Source: Chiloscyllium plagiosum (Eukaryota). Taken from it: DNA of 64,000 nucleotides. How positions within the stretch are numbered: position 1 is the first letter of the stretch; each line of letters begins with the position of its first letter. Location of the stretch: positions 13,540,267-13,604,266 of the forward strand of contig NC_057751.1 in NCBI RefSeq assembly GCF_004010195.1, written 5' to 3'. Below, piece by piece: positions 62,345-64,000 of the stretch. Made by a program: the position numbers and the translations under genes. The notes under the pieces are model-generated. The model saw only the letters and a list, made by a program, of their open reading frames with translations. It had not been told where the DNA came from and searched no databases.

Positions 62345-63395
62345 GAAGTACAATTAGGCATGGAGTCTGGTCTGCTATTCAGTCATGACTGATCTATTTC
62401 TCAACCCCATTCTCCTACCTTCTTGGATCTCTTTACTAATCAAGGACCTCTATATCTCTGCCTTAAATACACCCATTCACTTGGCCTCCATAGCTGACTG
62501 CGGCACTGAGTTCCACAGATTTGCCACCCCCTGAATCAAGATATTCCACCTCATCTCAAAGGTCGTGCCTTCACTCTGTGGCGGTGCCCTCAGGTCCTAG
62601 TCTCTCCTACCAGTGGAAATATCTTCTCCACATCCAGTCTATCCAGGTTTTATGGTATTCTGTAAGGTTCAATGAGATTTCCCACACAATTCTTAAAAGC
62701 TCCACAGTGTCTAGACACAGAGTCCTCAACCGTTTCTCATGTGACAAGTCTTTCATTCCTGGGGTCTTTCTTGTAAACTGGCAAAAATGAGGACTGCAGA
62801 TGCTGGAGTTCAGAGTCAAGATTAGAGTGGTGCTGGAAAAGCACAACAGGTCAGGTAACATCCGAGGAGCAGGAAAATTGATGTTTCGGGAAAAAGCCTG
62901 AAACATCGATTTTCCTGCTCCTCGGAAAATGCCTGACCTGCTGTACTTTTCCAGCACTACACTAATCTTGACTCTTTCTTGTAAACCCTGTCCAACACCA
63001 GCATACCTTTCCTTAGATACGAGGCCCAAAACTTCTCAGCATATTCCAAATGTGGTCTGGCCAGAGCCTTATTCAGCCTCAGCTGTACATCTTTGCTCTT
63101 GTATTGTAGCCCTCTTGAGATGAATGCTAACACGGCATTTGCCTTCCGAACTGCCAACTGAACTTGCATGTTAACTTTAAAAGAATCCAGAACAAAGACT
63201 CCTAATTCCCTTTGTGCTTCTGATTTCCAAAGCCTTTCCCTATGTAGAAAATAGTTTATTTTTCTTCCTACCAAAGAAAATATTCTTCCTACCAAAGTCC
63301 ATAATCTCACACTTGCTCACATTGTATTCCATCTACCACTTCCTTGTCCTACCCTTGTCCAAGTCCTGCAGCCACTCCACTTTCTCAACATTACG
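62345..63395 (-). mobile_element. CR1-like LINE 3' fragment hosting a PLE fold-back
   Basis: AVRKANAVLAFISRGLQYKSKDVQLRLNKALARPHLEY. Confidence 0.85.
62779..62972. mobile_element. Penelope family B hairpin insertion
   Basis: Inverted arms of about 78 nt centred on about 62893; TSD TCTTTCTTGTAAAC at 62765-62778 and 62973-62986. Confidence 0.8.
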
Positions 63396-63462
63396 TGTTA
63401 GATTTCAGTGAATGTCGGAGCAAGAAAAATAATAAATGAGTGAGGAGGTTATGCCTGTGGTA

Positions 63463-63946
63463 TTGAATTGGATTGAATTGAATTTATTGTCACATGTACC
63501 GAGGCACAGTGAAAAGCTTTGTCTTGCGAACAATACAGGCAGACCACAGAGTTAAGGAGCATAGATAGTAAATAATAGGTAAACAGCGGCAAAAACAAAA
63601 ACAGATACAGGCGAATGTTAAGAGTTTATGAGTCCATTCAGTATTCTAACAACAGTAGGGTAGAAACTGTTACAAAACCGGCTGGTGCATGTGTTCAGGC
63701 TTCTGTACCTTCTCCCCGATGGTAGAGGTTGTATAGAAATGTTGCCAAGGTGGGATAGATCTTTGAGAATGCTGGCGGCCTTTCCTTGGAAAAAAGCCTG
63801 GTAGATGGATTCTATAGATGGGAGATTGGCCTTTGTGATTGTCCGGGCCAAGTTCCCACTCTCTGTAATTGTCTCCGAACCTGACTGGTCCAGTTGCCAT
63901 ATCACGTAAAGATACATCCAGACAGAATGCTCTCGATGGTGCACCG
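63463..63946 (-). mobile_element. Rex1/Babar-clade LINE 3' end
   Basis: Homologous to 47201-47690 (ARTITKANLPSIESIYQA...QPLPSGRRYRSL); (CAATT)n tail. Confidence 0.85.
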
Positions 63947-64000
63947 ATGGTCTGAAATTCTGACAATGAACAAAATATCAGAGTAGAATACCAGAAATAA

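Noticed and set aside
1..64000. Prokaryotic defence system, operon or endogenous virus
   Set aside because: No gene-dense region or viral hallmark protein; all RT, endonuclease and GIY-YIG similarity is explained by eukaryotic retroelements.

Overview
Repeat-dense vertebrate DNA, almost certainly from a shark or other elasmobranch (HE1-type V-SINEs, CR1/HER1-like LINEs). It is not prokaryotic. The only convincing host coding sequence is one minus-strand exon (42998-43900; ATG at 43744) encoding about 249 aa that end in a TET1/TET3/CXXC4/CXXC5-type CXXC zinc finger, best matching TET3. A CpG-rich promoter-like region with candidate non-coding first exons lies upstream (about 49.8-51.9 kb), so 1-43 kb is probably intron. 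The rest is transposon relics: CR1-group, RTE and Rex1/Babar LINEs, tRNA-derived SINEs, Gypsy internal sequence and solo LTRs, Harbinger-like Myb/SANT fragments, and at least three Penelope-like element (PLE) families. The most distinctive structure is in the PLEs. They carry many minimal type I hammerhead ribozyme motifs, often form fold-back insertions bounded by 10-15 bp target-site duplications (TSDs), and several break exactly at the ribozyme. There is a 976-nt assembly gap at 54641-55616. I found no evidence of a wholly new biological system. The best leads concern ribozyme-linked PLE insertion mechanics and isoform or translational control of the CXXC gene. Repeat boundaries are estimated by eye and family names come from recalled motifs, not database searches.
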